Source: Felis catus (lineage: Eukaryota). Taken from it: a DNA stretch of 64,000 nucleotides. The DNA lies in assembly GCF_018350175.1 (NCBI RefSeq), contig NC_058383.1, positions 39,680,001 through 39,744,000 on the forward strand, written 5' to 3'. Positions 20,219-32,600 of the stretch are shown piece after piece. The notes beneath the pieces were generated by a model, which saw nothing but the letters and a program-made list of their open reading frames with translations, searched no databases and had not been told where the DNA came from. Within the stretch, counting starts at the first letter, position 1. The number at the start of each line of letters is the position of its first letter. The position numbers and the translations under genes were made by a program.

Positions 20219-20869
20219 GAGGCTGGGGGAGGAGGAGCGGCCAGACACCAGCTGACCCTGAGGTCGCAGAAGCCCCGGGGAGTCCTAATGAGGACCCCAC
20301 CCAGGCTGTTAGGAAACGGGCAGGGGGAGGGAAGGTGTGGCCAGCATGCCAGACCCAGCTCCTACTTAACTCCCACGTGGCCATCTGCTGAGCGGGGAGG
20401 TCCCCCACAGCAGCCCGAGGGGCCCCCACCTGGGCTCCGGGGGCTGGCCAAGCAAGGGGGCCTCCTCTCCCGGCTTCCCCAAAGGTGTCCCAACCACAAG
20501 CTGCTGCAGGGGAGACCCCTGCCCCCACACGCCTGCTGCCCCAGCTCTGCTCAGCCCTGCAGGGCGAAGGTGGGGGGACACGCCCGTCCCCCAGAGCTGC
20601 ACCACCGTCCACCTCGATCCCCAAAGGTGGCTTTGGGGTGAACGCGGCACCCCCCGACTCTCCCCTGTGCTATCTGCACTCTGGGCACTCGGGGCCGATG
20701 CTGGCAGCCGGGCATGAGGGGGTTAATGGAACCCGGGTCAGCAGGGCTGGGCTGGCCTGCGGCAGGGTGCTGGCTGCCCCAGCAGTGGGGAAGTCAGAGG
20801 GCAGGAGCAGCCGGCCCCAGCAGACGCACCCCTGCTCACTGCCCGCCTGTGGTCTGCTCTGCACGCGGG

Positions 20870-23630
20870 ATGGCCCTGAAGAGAGGTGAGGCGCCCCCAA
20901 GTGCCCCGGCCCCTCGTTCTGGGGGCAGCCGCCTGGCCAGGGGCGGGCCTTTCTGGGTGGGCCGATGGGGGAAGTGTCCCTCCTGGGGTCCCAGAATGCC
21001 TCAGGTCCCTCTGTCCACCTCCTCTCTGGTCCCAAGGCCCAGGACAGTGGTACAGGGGAAGGGTGGGAGTCCCCTCTCAACCCCCAGAGAGCCTCCCCTG
21101 GGGACTGCTGCCCTTCCAGCCCTGTGGGGCCTCGTCCCGTCCACAGGGGATGGGGCATGCTCTGACCTCACGCTGAGTCCCTGAGCCCTTCCAAGGGCTG
21201 GGACAGGCCCAGTTCTGTGGGTAGCCCAGCGTTCAATGCAGGTTTTGGGGTGGCGCTGCTGTGAGGCCCAGCGCCCCTTGTCCTAACACACCCCTGGCCC
21301 CTGGTGAGGGGATGGCGTTCTGTCCACCCTGCTTCTGTCCCCATGCCGGCAGCGGGCTGCATATGCCAGGGAGCACCCGTGTGAGGGCCCTCCAATCTGG
21401 GGGCAACGGCCGGCGCTCGAGGGCAGCGAGCACACGTGACCCGGGCCTGTGCCAGAAAGCCCTCCCGCATTCCCCCTGGGCCCACCTGGCAGCCTGGCCG
21501 GTGCCCGTGTTCGGGACGCAGACGGCCGCCCAGCTCTATGGGCAGGTTTCCTCTGGGAAGGGGCATCGCCGCCCCGCCGGGTGGAGAGGACAGTTGGTCT
21601 GGAGCCGGACGACAGCTGTCCCGTCTGGCTCCGCTTCTAGTCCCGGCGGGGTGAGTACGACTCGGCTCCCACCTTTCTGCCGCCTGACTGGCAGCGCCTG
21701 TCTTTACGGTCACGTGCTGTGGTCTCGGTGCCGAGTTCCATACTGGGCTGCGGGCGCAGGCCGAGGCCTGGGACGTGCCGGGTCTCGCTCGCCCCGGGAC
21801 TCATGTCCTCCGGCTCCTCTCCTTGCAGGAGGCCCGGCCCTGGCCGTGCTCCTGGTCTCCTGGGCAGCGCTGGGCCCCTGCGGCCTGGAGGGAGCGGAGC
21901 CCGGGGCTCTGGGGAAGGCCGAGAGCCCGCAATGTCCAGCCGTCTGCACCTGCGGCCACGAGGACCATTCGGACGAGCTCAGCGTCTTCTGCAGCTCCAG
22001 GAACCTCACGCGGCTGCCCGACGGCATCCCGGACGGCGCCAGGGCCCTGTGGCTGGACGGCAACAACTTCTCCTCCATCCCCGCGGCGGCCTTCCAGAAC
22101 CTCTCCGGTCTGGGCTTCCTCAACCTACAGGGCAGCGGACTGGCCAGCCTGGAGCCGCGGGCACTGCTCGGCCTGCACAGCCTCCACCACCTGCACCTGG
22201 AGCGGAACCAGCTGCGGGGGCTGGCGGCCCACACGTTCCTGCACACCCCGGGCCTCGCCTCGCTCGGCCTCAGCAACAACCTGCTGGGCAGGGTGGACGA
22301 GGGCCTCTTCCGGGGGCTGTCCGGCCTCTGGGACCTCGACCTCGGCTGGAACAGCCTGGCCGTGCTCCCGGACGCCGCCTTCCAGGGCCTGGCCGGCCTC
22401 CGCGAGCTGGTGCTGGCGGGCAACAAGCTGGCCTACCTGCAGCCCGCGCTCTTCTGTGGCCTCGGCGAGCTGCGGGAGTTGGACCTGAGTAGGAACGCCC
22501 TGCGCAGCGTCAAGGCCAACGTCTTCGTCAAACTGCCCAAGCTCCAGAAGCTCTACCTGGACCACAACCTCATCGCCGCCGTGGCCCCCGGCGCCTTCCT
22601 GGGCCTGAGGGCGCTGCGCTGGCTGGACCTGTCGCACAACCGGCTGGGCGGCCTCCTGGAGGACACCTTCCCCGGCCTGCTGGGCCTGCACGTCCTGCGC
22701 CTCTCGCGCAACGCCATCGCGGGCTTGCGGCCCCGCACCTTCAAGGACCTGCACTTCCTGGAGGAGCTGCGGCTGGACCACAACCGCATCCGGCAGCTGC
22801 CCGGCCAGGCCTTCGAGGGCCTGGGCCAGCTGGAGGTGCTCACGCTCAATGACAACCAGATCCAGGAGATCGAGGCGGGCGCCTTCCTCGGCCTCCTGAG
22901 CGTGGCGGTCATGAACCTGTCCGGGAACTGCCTGCGGGCGCTCCCGGAGCAGGCGTTCCAGGGCCTGGGCCGGCTGCACAGCCTGCACCTGGAGCGCAGC
23001 TGCCTGGGCCGCATCCGCCCGCACGCCTTCGCCGGCCTCTCGGGGCTGCGCCGGCTCTTCCTCCGGGACAACGGCATCGTGGCCGTGGAGGACCAGGGCC
23101 TGCAGGGGCTCGCGGAGCTCCTGGAGCTGGACCTCACCGCCAACCGGCTCGCACACCTGCCCGGCCAGCTCTTCCAGGGGCTCGGCAAGCTGGAGTACCT
23201 GCTCCTCGCCGGCAACCGGCTGGCGGCGCTGTCCGCGGACGCCCTGAGGCCCCTGCGGCGCGTCTTCTGGCTGGACGTGTCGCACAACCGCCTGGAGGCC
23301 CTGCCCGAGGACGTGCTGGCGCCGCTGGGGCAGCTGCGCTACCTGAACCTCAGGAACAACTCCCTGCGGACCTTCGTGCCGCGGGCCCCCGGCCTGGAGC
23401 GCCTGTGGCTTGAGGGCAACCCCTGGGACTGCGGCTGCCCCCTCCGGGCCCTCAGGGCCCTGGCCCTGCAGCAGCCCGACGTGGTCCCCCGCTTCGTGCG
23501 GGCAGCGCCGGACGGCGACGACGGCCAGCCGCCCGCGTACGCCTACAACAACATCACCTGCACCGGCCCCGCAGCCGTCGCCGGCCTCGACCTGCGGGAC
23601 GTGGCCGAGGCCCACTTTGCTCACTGCTGA
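20870..23630 (+). CDS. IGFALS: IGF-binding protein acid-labile subunit (secreted LRR protein), 605 aa
   Basis: Exon 1 is 20870-20885 (ATG GCC CTG AAG AGA G|gtgag) and exon 2 is 21829-23630, total 1818 nt. It encodes a signal peptide, LRRNT (CPAVCTC...VFCSSRNL), about 19 LRRs, LRRCT (NPWDCGC) and the C-terminus EAHFAHC. Confidence 0.98.
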
Positions 23631-23796
23631 CCGCGGGCTCGCCGGCCCAGAGCCCGGCGGGGACACGATGTCCGCCTCGGGGGCCAGGCGTCACCTGCTC
23701 GCTTGCCGGGGTCCCGTCCCTGGGAGGACCCGGGGCAGCCGGGGGGTTCTGCTGGTGGGGGCACCGCCATCACATAGCACCCCCCCGCAGTCGGTA

Positions 23797-23802
23797 ATTA
23801 AA
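23797..23802 (+). terminator. IGFALS polyadenylation signal (ATTAAA)
   Basis: ATTAAA about 170 nt after the stop, followed by GT-rich sequence. Confidence 0.75.
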
Positions 23803-24466
23803 AGCAATCTAACACGTGCGTGTGACCGCAGGGGTGTAGCCTGGGGGGGGGGGGTTGGGAAGAAGGGTTCCATCCCGGGTCCCCGTCCTGTGTCCCCCCA
23901 CCCCCACACCCCTCCTAGGATGCCCGCCCACACCTGAGGGGCGGCAGCACCCACTCCGGGGCTCCGGAACCTCGGCTGTGTCCTCTTGGTGCAGTGTCCC
24001 TGGAGGCCCTGGTCCTGGGAAGCCGAGGTTCAGCCGGGGCAGCCTCCATTGCCAGCTGGGACACCGGTCCGTGCCCCCAGCTCCTGGCCAAAGCTCTCGG
24101 CAGTGCCCCCTTTGCCGTCCTTTCCACACCCGGAAGCATCTGTCCGTGGCGCGCCCGCCCCTGTCCCTCAGGAAGTGGGGCCGGAGGTTGCCCTCCACCT
24201 TGCTCCTCTCTCCTGCTCTCAGCTCTGCCCTGGGCCCTGGGGCGGGAGGAGGCGGGAGCGGCTAAGCCTCCCCCAGCGCACATGCCTCTCCGCCATCACC
24301 AAGCCCTCCACGTGCTGCCACCACACTTGACCCAAATGTATCCACGGGGCTCGGGCCGGGGTGCCTGCTGAGAAGTGCGCAACATGCAAACACAGAGCCG
24401 GGACCGGGACAGGAGAGTCTGGAAGCATCAGACCTGTCACCGCGGTGAGGGGTGGAGGGGAGAACA

Positions 24467-24472
24467 TTTAAT
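24467..24472 (-). terminator. NUBP2 polyadenylation signal (ATTAAA)
   Basis: tttaat on the + strand, about 430 nt past the NUBP2 stop. Confidence 0.65.
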
Positions 24473-24902
24473 TGTGGGTTCCTTTGAAGTGACAAGCTTA
24501 ACACCTCACGACACTCTCTTCTGTCACCACCCCCCTTCTGTCACAGGAGTCCCGAGGACAGCAGAGGCCCCAACGATTTTCCAGGCACGTGGGCTTTGGG
24601 GCCCAGGGGGAGACGGCTGCCGTTTGAGCACCGTGAGACCAAGTGGGAACGTGCCAGCCAGGGAGAGCTCAGGCCACCGGGACCCCACACGTCCCCCTGG
24701 GCCCTGCCACGGGCCAACCTGGGGGAACCACTCACTGTCAGCCGCTCTGCTGTCCAGATGCTACGGGAGCACCGGACTGGCTCCAGGGGCAGGGCTGAGG
24801 GAGGGAATGCTGGCCCCACACCCTTCTGCTTGGGTCTGCATATACTCAGCCAGGAGGCCCGTGGGGGGGGGGGGGCTGGGCCGGGGGGGGGGGAGGGTTC
24901 GA

Positions 24903-27900
24903 TCAGGGGACGCGAGCAGGCGCCTCGGTCAGAACTTTCTGGGCTATAGACAGGAGCGCAGGGAAGGCTGGGCTCTCAGGAAATTCCCGGATGAAGTCTC
25001 GACCCTCCTCTAGGCTCTTAGTGAGCTCTGGGTCCAGGGGCACAGAGCCTGTGAAGGGAGACGGCAGGGGAGGGGCCGTGAGGGCGGCGGGGAGGGCCCC
25101 GCAGAGGGGCTCCCAGAGCCAGCCCAAGGGCCAACGGGGGCCGCAACGCACTCACCCAGGAAGGGGACTCCGGCGTGACTGGCCAGCTCCTCCCCGCCTC
25201 CCCGGGAGAAGATGCTGGTGCACTCCTACAACAGACACGTGCTGCTCCCTCCGTCGGCTCCCCCACGCCGAGGGGCAGGTCCCGGGCTGTCCCAGCCGGC
25301 CCAACCCCCTCAAGGGCTGCTGACCCCCGCCAAGTCCCCACGACTCACCGCGCAGTGTGGGCAGATGAAACCGCTCATGTTCTCCACCACCCCGAGCACC
25401 CGCAGCCCCGTTTTCCTACAGAAGGTCAGCTCCCGCCTCACGTCCCCCACGGACACCGCCTGAGACCAAGGAAGAGAGGACCGTGGCCAGCGGGTCACTC
25501 TGCCTAGCCCTGGGTGTAGGGTCCCAGACCTCCAGGAGACCGAAGGAGCTCACGGGGTACCTGGGGTGTGGTGACCACGAGGGCCCCCAGGGGACCGTAG
25601 GGACGCAGGGCGTCCACGGTGGCCATGTGCTCATCAGACGTCCCCGGTGGCGTGTCTACAACCAGGTAGTCCAGCTGCCCCCAGGCCACGTCCGACACGA
25701 ACTGCTTTATCAGCGCTGTAGCGACCCGGGGAGGCCCGGGGGCAGGTGAGGCCAGGGTCTCACGGGGGCCTCTCCAAGTCCCTCGCCAGCAGCCAGCCTC
25801 CAGCAGAGGGGCCGCCCGAGGGCAGCACAGCAAGTCGTTCCTCTGGGAGACGGAAGTGCCGTCTCCTCTGGGAGACGGCAGGGAGGCTCCTTCCCGGGCC
25901 CCCAACACTCCTGCTCAGGCCTTAGCCGGGACCCGGGACCCTCCTGGGGGTGTCGGTGCCCGGACCCGGGTGCACCTCAAGCCTTGGCAGCTGGAGGTGA
26001 GGCGGCCTGCAGCGACGGCCCGCACAGGCACGCCCCGAAGCAGCCCCCGCGCTCAGCCTGCTGGGGCAGAAACCCCAGAGCCCAGCCTCGCCGGGGCCTC
26101 CTGCCCTCATCCCCCGCACCGGCCTGATGGCTCAGGTGGGCAGCAGGACCGTCGTGGAAACAGGGAGCCTGCCGTGGCAGTCTCTGCTTTACCCGACAAC
26201 GTGGGGAGGGCCCGCGGTTCCTGCGCTTTCTAATGGGAACAGCTGAGGCGAGTAGGAAGGCTGGCCGCCCCCCTCCGCCCGCCATTACCACCGGCCATTA
26301 CCATTCTTCTTGGGCCCCCTCCACACCACGGCCTCGTCGGGGTTCTCCAGCAGAAAGCCCACGGACATGAGGCAGATGCTCTGCTCCTGGTCCACATAGA
26401 CGGGCACCCAGCCGCCGTCACACTGGTGCACGGCCCTGCCCTGTGCCCGAAGCATGCGGGGGATGCTGGGACCGCACAGGTCCACGTCGAGGATCCCCAC
26501 CTGCAAGGAAGCAGGACGTCCACACTGCGCAGGGGGCTCCCGAGGCAGGGGCAGAAGGGACGCCCGCGCAGTGGCCGGGGTGGGGGGTGCTCACCTTCTT
26601 GCCTGCATGGCGCAGGGCCAAGGCCAGCTCCGTGGAGATGGTGCTTTTCCCGACCCCCCCCTTTCCTGAGAGCACGAGGATGATGTGCTGGACGCCTGCC
26701 AGGTTTCCAGCCTCTAGCCGGAAGGGAGGAGGGCAGAGGACCTCAGTGCCAGGCGCTCTTCAAGGCTCACTCACCGAGGGGTCGCCAAGCACCTCCCACG
26801 CCCCAGATTCTGAGACCGGCCCCCTCACCCTGACATCAGCAAACACCCCAGGCGGAAGGTCTTCCAGTCGCCCAGCCCCAGATTTGACCCTCGGGTTTTC
26901 TGAATGCTGCCACCACAGCCCCTGCCTGCAGCCAGGCTGCTGGGGCGGGACTGACCGGCCTCGAGCCGCCCCTTACACTGCACACCTGTGAGCTCGCTCA
27001 CACGCGGCCCGCACGTGGTCGATGAGCCGAGGGGCTGCTGGCTCCCAGCTGACTCCAGGGGGAAACAGGCAAACACGGAAGACGATGGGGGATCGGCTCA
27101 TCGTGACCGATGGCAGGTGCGTCTGTGCTGGGGCGGCCCCCGCCCCCGCTCCTAGGACGGACCTGTGGGTGCCCAGCGTCCTCTTCTCGGGAAGGACGCT
27201 TCTGGCTCCGGGGACCAGAACCGCCTCTCTGACTCAGACTGGTCCTTAAACCCCACGTGCATTAGGGTGGCCACAGTTTGCACCTGCATCCTTGGCTGTT
27301 CCCCATGAGGGCCCGGGTCCAACAACCGTGGATCCCCGCTGGCCGTTGGCCACTCTGCCTCAGCCTCCCTCTCCTTTCAGGGAGCCTGAAATGTCACTGA
27401 ATATTCACCATTCCCACCCCTGCCACCCCCAGGGGCTGCCATCTGCATCCACGCAACCCCTGTGCGACACTCTCTTGTTACCTCAGCGCCCTCTGGCCCT
27501 CACCATCCAGACTCCTGCCCCGTGTCCGACAAGCGACTTTCCCCACCACCGTCGCTGCGAGCCCGGGTCCTCAGGCGGGCTCCACAAACAACGGTGCTGA
27601 TACCACCCCCCTGCTCAACGCTCCATGGGTAGGTTCAAAGGCCCCCACCTGCAAAGCCTCCACAAGAAAAACCGAGAGGGACAACTGGCCCGGCTTCTGG
27701 TGGGTCTCTGTCACAAAAGCACACAGTGCCTGCCCCAGGTCTGCCCCGAGGACTCGGACCGGACCGAGCACGACTTCGAGCCGCGCGCGGCAAAGCGCCG
27801 CTACGGAAAGTCTCCTCTGCACCCCCCGCCCCGCCCCACTTCTCTTCCTCAGCAGGGACCTTTAGAAAGTTACCCTAGTACTTCGCGCAGAACCAGAAGA

Positions 27901-28143
27901 AACGTCCGTGTTCGCGTTACGACCCCCGCTTAACCCAGAACTCTCCAGTACGTCGGTTACAACCTGAGCCTCCGACCTTCCGGCACCAGCAGGCCCCCGA
28001 ATCGGACGCATGGGGTGCAGTACGGCGACCCCGCGCCCGTCACCTGCCTGCCCGCGGCTGAAAACCCAGGGCCGCGCCCCGCAGCTGCGCGCCGGACCCT
28101 CCCACTCCCGAGGACCCCGGCGCTCACCCGCCGCCGCCTCCAT
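24903..28143 (-). CDS. NUBP2: Cytosolic Fe-S cluster assembly factor NUBP2 (CFD1), 271 aa
   Basis: Exons 28143-28128, 26713-26595, 26500-26302, 25715-25561, 25459-25349, 25225-25156 and 25048-24903, total 816 nt. Deviant Walker [33 protein letters not shown] and [11 protein letters not shown] (CPxC). Confidence 0.98.
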
Positions 28144-28600
28144 CCCGCCGCGCCCCGCGGCCGCTTTCCGCTTCCAGCACGCAGCGCCCGCCCCCTGGCC
28201 GTCCTGATAGGGCCACTCGCGCGGCACTCAGCCAATCACGTCCCACGTTGCGGTGCACGCACGTTGCGGTGCGTCCGACGAACCGGAGATGGACTCACTT
28301 CCGTGTTGGGCCCTTTCTCGCCCTATGCCGAACGGGCGCACGGGCCCTCTCCCCGACGGCTTGAGATGTGACCAATAGGGATGTCGAGTCAGGATTGACA
28401 GGCCCAGCATCCTGTCGGCAGGAAACATGTGCCGCGCGGCCCGCCCCCTGCTCCGGGCCGCCAGCGCCCGCCAACACCCGGCCGCGGCCGCAGGGCCAAT
28501 GCGGCGCGGGGGGCGGGCTGCGGGGCGGGGATTGTTTACGTCTCGTTCCGGAGCTGAAAGTAGGTCACGGCCGCCCGGCGGAACGCGGCGGCGGCGACAG
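28144..28600. promoter_or_regulatory. NUBP2/SPSB3 bidirectional CpG-island promoter, including SPSB3 non-coding exon 1 (donor after 28600)
   Basis: CpG-dense, with CCAAT boxes at 28232, 28372 and 28496, an ETS site (CACTTCCG) near 28297 and GC boxes. CAG|GTGAGC donor at 28600/28601. Confidence 0.85.
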
Positions 28601-29660
28601 GTGAGCGGCGGCCGGCGGCACCCGCGCCCGCTGGCCTGGCGGTTCCGCTGGCGGCGGGAGGCCCCGGTGCGCCTTTGTTCGTGCGGGTGGCGGTGCCAAG
28701 CGTCCCCGTCGTAATTCCCGCCACCGCGCGGCAGCGGACACCCGCGGGGACCGGGTCGGGAGCGCGTCGCCTGCTGTGCGCTGCGGCGGGGCCGCCACCT
28801 GCGCCGAGCGGGCGGGGGCGCCTGGGCTCCGGAAGCTCTTGGTGCAGGGGACCGCCGTTACGGTTACAGAAGCCGGCAAGGAACCTGCGAGCCCAGCACG
28901 GGAGGGGAGGGCATTCCGGGCAAAGGGCAGGGCAGGGCTAGCAACTGCAACGGGGCCCTTGCGGCTTGGGGAAGCACAGGCGAACTTGAAGGTGTTGCAG
29001 AAATTTGCATTCTCTGTTAATGATGCAAGGCTGGAGGGGTTTCAGGGCTTTTTAAGGGTTGTTTAATTTTTAAGATTTGTGTTTCCGAACACAACCTTGG
29101 TTGTAATGAGTGAAGTGGGAGGAGCCAGAAGGAAGGTGAGCTGTGCTTGGGAAGTCGGGGACCGCAGGGATGGAGAGGTGTTCAGGCCACGCCTTGGAGG
29201 TGCTGTGACGCTGTTAGGCTACCGCCCAAGGAAGGAAAGGGGTGTTCAGGATGACTGCGGTGGGTCTGGCATGAGGAACTGGGCGGTTGGAGATGCCATT
29301 TGTCAAACTGGGCAACAGAGGAGGAGCCAGACAAGGTTTGAGATGCCTGAGGGACACGCAGGCAGGACAGCTGGGCTCAGTAGACTGAGCTCAGAGAGGG
29401 GCTGAAATCCACACATGGGAGTCATGGGTGTCTGGATGGTGTTCTATGCTCTCTGTCTGGCTTTTATCAAGGTGCTTGCACGCTGGAGGGAGGTGTGAGG
29501 TCAGGAAGAGTTCCAGAGCCCTGGCTGGGCACACACGTGGCTCCTAAGAGCAGCCACCTTGAGATGGGCCTGGCACCGCCGGCTGAGGACGGAGTGTGGG
29601 AGTTGGTGCCACAGATCTTCTTGGCTCAGAACCTGGGTTTTCTTCCAGATCCTGTCCACC

Positions 29661-32600
29661 ATGGCCAGGCGTCCTCGCAGCAGCACAGCTTGGCATTTCG
29701 TCCTGAGTGCAGCCCGCCGAGATGCGGATGCCCGGGCCGTGGCTCTGGCGGGGAGCGCTAACTGGGGCTACGACTCAGATGGGCAGGTAGGTCCTAGCGG
29801 GGGAGGTGGACATGGCTGGACCGAAGGGTTTAGACGCCCAGGACGGGCACTGCCTGAGCCCAGACTGAAAGATGAAGATGCGCCCGAGGGCAGAGGACGG
29901 GCCCTCCTGCCTCTGGGGTGCTCTATGCTCACCCAGGCAGTTTATCTCGGTTGAGGACCCACCGGTCCCGGGGTGACAGGACCCAGGGCAGATGCTGTAT
30001 CCTTCTCTGTGCTTTCCATTTTCTGTCAGTTTATTCAACAAAAGCTTCTCTGTTCCACTCACCTGACCGTTTTCCAAAGGTAGCTATCGTTAACCGAACG
30101 CGCGTGCTCTTGCCTGGACAGATGTGCATTTGACGTTTATGCGTATGCACACGTGTGTGTAGGAAGACTTCCAATTCTTGGAAGCCAAAGTTGCAGCACC
30201 TTTCCTCCGTTGGCAACTCCAGAGCTCCGGGAAGGCCAGGAGCCAGGAGCTGTCCAGAGTGGCTTGACTGGGGTGCAGAGTGCCTGACGCACCCAAGTCT
30301 CACCATGCCAGCCGCAGCCGGGCCAGGATGGGGCGGCAGGGCTGCTTGGCCATTGTGCCTGTTGGCTGGGTGGGCACCGTGGAGGGCTTCCTGAGTCTCC
30401 TCGACCCAGGCAGGGGTTTGGTTCTGCCCCGAGTCCCCTCTGGCTGCCTGCAGGGATGATCCTTGGGTGACTCACGTCTGCCATGTCACAGCCACCCAGC
30501 CTTTTGCCCCTGCGCAGCCAGGTGTTCTGGGAGGAAGGGGTTGCATCTCTTCTAGAGTGAGTGTGGCCGAGCCCCATGGAACCTCCAGACCTGGAGGCTG
30601 CAGTTCTGAGTTGGGGCGGCAGCCCCTTCCTAGGGCCTCCCTGCCCCAGCCAGCAAGAGGCCAGAGGCCTGCATTCCTGTCCTGCCTCTGGCTCCCCTGG
30701 ACCACGTGACCCAGAGCAGTCTGTTCTGCCAGTCCCTGCCTTTACCAGCTCATCACTGGGAGATGCGGGAGGTGTTCAGGAGCCGGGTCACAGCATCTGA
30801 CACGCATTTGCTGCTCATCTGTCACCTGCTGGACCTGGAGTACTGGATTGTGTGGGTGGGCCGGTCACCCTGAGAACCTCTGAAGGACGAACATGCCTCT
30901 CCCTTCCTCGTTCTGTGACCCTGGCTGCTGACCGAGTGGGAAGGGGGCTAGGGTCCGCCCCTGGCCAGTAGAGCCAGTCTGCCTTGGCTTTTGGGGATCA
31001 GCATTCCATGGTAGTGGGGTGCTTGGGGTCTCCTTCCTGTATCCCTTTGGCATCGGTCTGTGACTGAAACTTCCCATTCTCTTCGCTTGGTCTCTGCCAC
31101 ACGGCTTCTGGGTGACAGCCCCGTGGCCCCAACTGTAACAGAAAAGAGACAAGGACCGGGTTCTCTCGAGGGGCTTCCACTCCGGTGGGAGAAGGGAGGA
31201 GAGAGATCTGCGGGACGGGGAGCACAGCAGGGGCTGGAGGGGCCGGAAGAGCCTCTCTGAAGTGACACACGGAACCTGCGGTCTAAAGGCGGACCACCCT
31301 CACCCTGTGGGAGAAAGTGGACAGGCCTGTGGGGAGTTGGGAGGCTGCCTGGTGGGCTCCGATGGAGGCTGTGGGCCTTCGCTCAGAGCAGTGGCTTGCT
31401 GAGGTGTGGCAGGCCCAGCCCGGGTCTGAGCAGGGGCTGCCGGCCTGCTGCGCGGAGGGCATTTCAGGGAGCGAGAGGAGGGCCCAGAGGCCAGGAAAGG
31501 GAGTTGGAGGGTGGGGCCGGACCAGGACTCCAGCCCCTTGCTGGTTGGCCTGGAGTCCACAGCTAAGGCAGGTGTCCAGAAAGGCCTGTGTCTTTAGAAC
31601 AGGAACAGCTCCTGTGCACAGAAAGCGTCCCTAACTGGCCTGCAAGAAGGATCTGGGTCTGGGTCACCATTAGGCCTTCAAGACTTGGAACACGTGCCCT
31701 GACGACTGGGCCCCTCAGGCAGAAGACCAAGTCTCCACTCAGTGTTTTCCTACTGTAGAAGTGGCATGGGGCCACGGGGCTCCAGGGTGCCCCACCACGT
31801 GGATAGGGTGCACGGGCACTGCCGCGGCGAGGGGCACCTGCTGGAGTCCGGCTGTTGCCCGAGGGCATGGCCTTCGTGGGGTTGGCATGGCCCTCGCCCT
31901 GGGGCTCTCTTGCTTCCGGCTGCCCTCGGGTGGGGCTGCGGCGTATCCTCAGCCTGGAAGCTGCATAGAGAACGAGGAGCGATGGAGTGGGCAGGCGGCC
32001 CCCGGTGGCTCAACATCAGCTGGAAGTCCAGTGCCCCTGGCTGTGCGGAAACAGGGTGGAGCCCTTGAAGCCACTGCCAGGAGGCCGGAGCTGTCCAAGG
32101 TCACCGTGGGTGGCACTGGCAAGGGTGGGCAGTGCGTGTGTGGGAGACCCGGGAAGCCCTCTGGGGCCAAATCCCCGGGTCCCTTCCTGGGCCATTAGAG
32201 CGGCTGACCCGCGGGCCTAGGGACAGTGGGCAGCGGTGCCCCACACCCAAGCAACCAGTCTTTCCCTCCCAGCACAGTGACTCTGACTCGGACCCCGAGT
32301 CCTCAGCCCTGCCGCCACCCATCCCCAGTGCCGTGCCCGTGACCGGGGAGTCCTTCTGTGACTGTGACAGTCCGAGTGAGGCCACCTTCTGCAACAGCCT
32401 GCACACAGCACACCGGGGCAAGGACTGTCGCTGCGGCGAGGAAGATGAGCGTGAGTGCCTGGGGGCCCCTGGGGGGGGGGGGCGGGGAGGAGCCCGGGGC
32501 CAGCCTGCCCTCCAGCCCTGGCCTCTGGCCTCCCCCTTCGCAGATTTTGACTGGGTGTGGGATGACCTGAATAAGTCTTCAGCCACTCTGCTGAGCTGTG

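Noticed and set aside
21261-23630. 789-aa ORF taken as the IGFALS protein
   Set aside because: The true start is in the 16-nt exon at 20870, and the spliced product is 605 aa with an N-terminal signal peptide.
22125-23666. 513-aa antisense ORF and other overlapping ORFs on IGFALS
   Set aside because: Shadow frames caused by extreme GC3 and Leu-rich LRR codons; no recognisable domain or independent signals.
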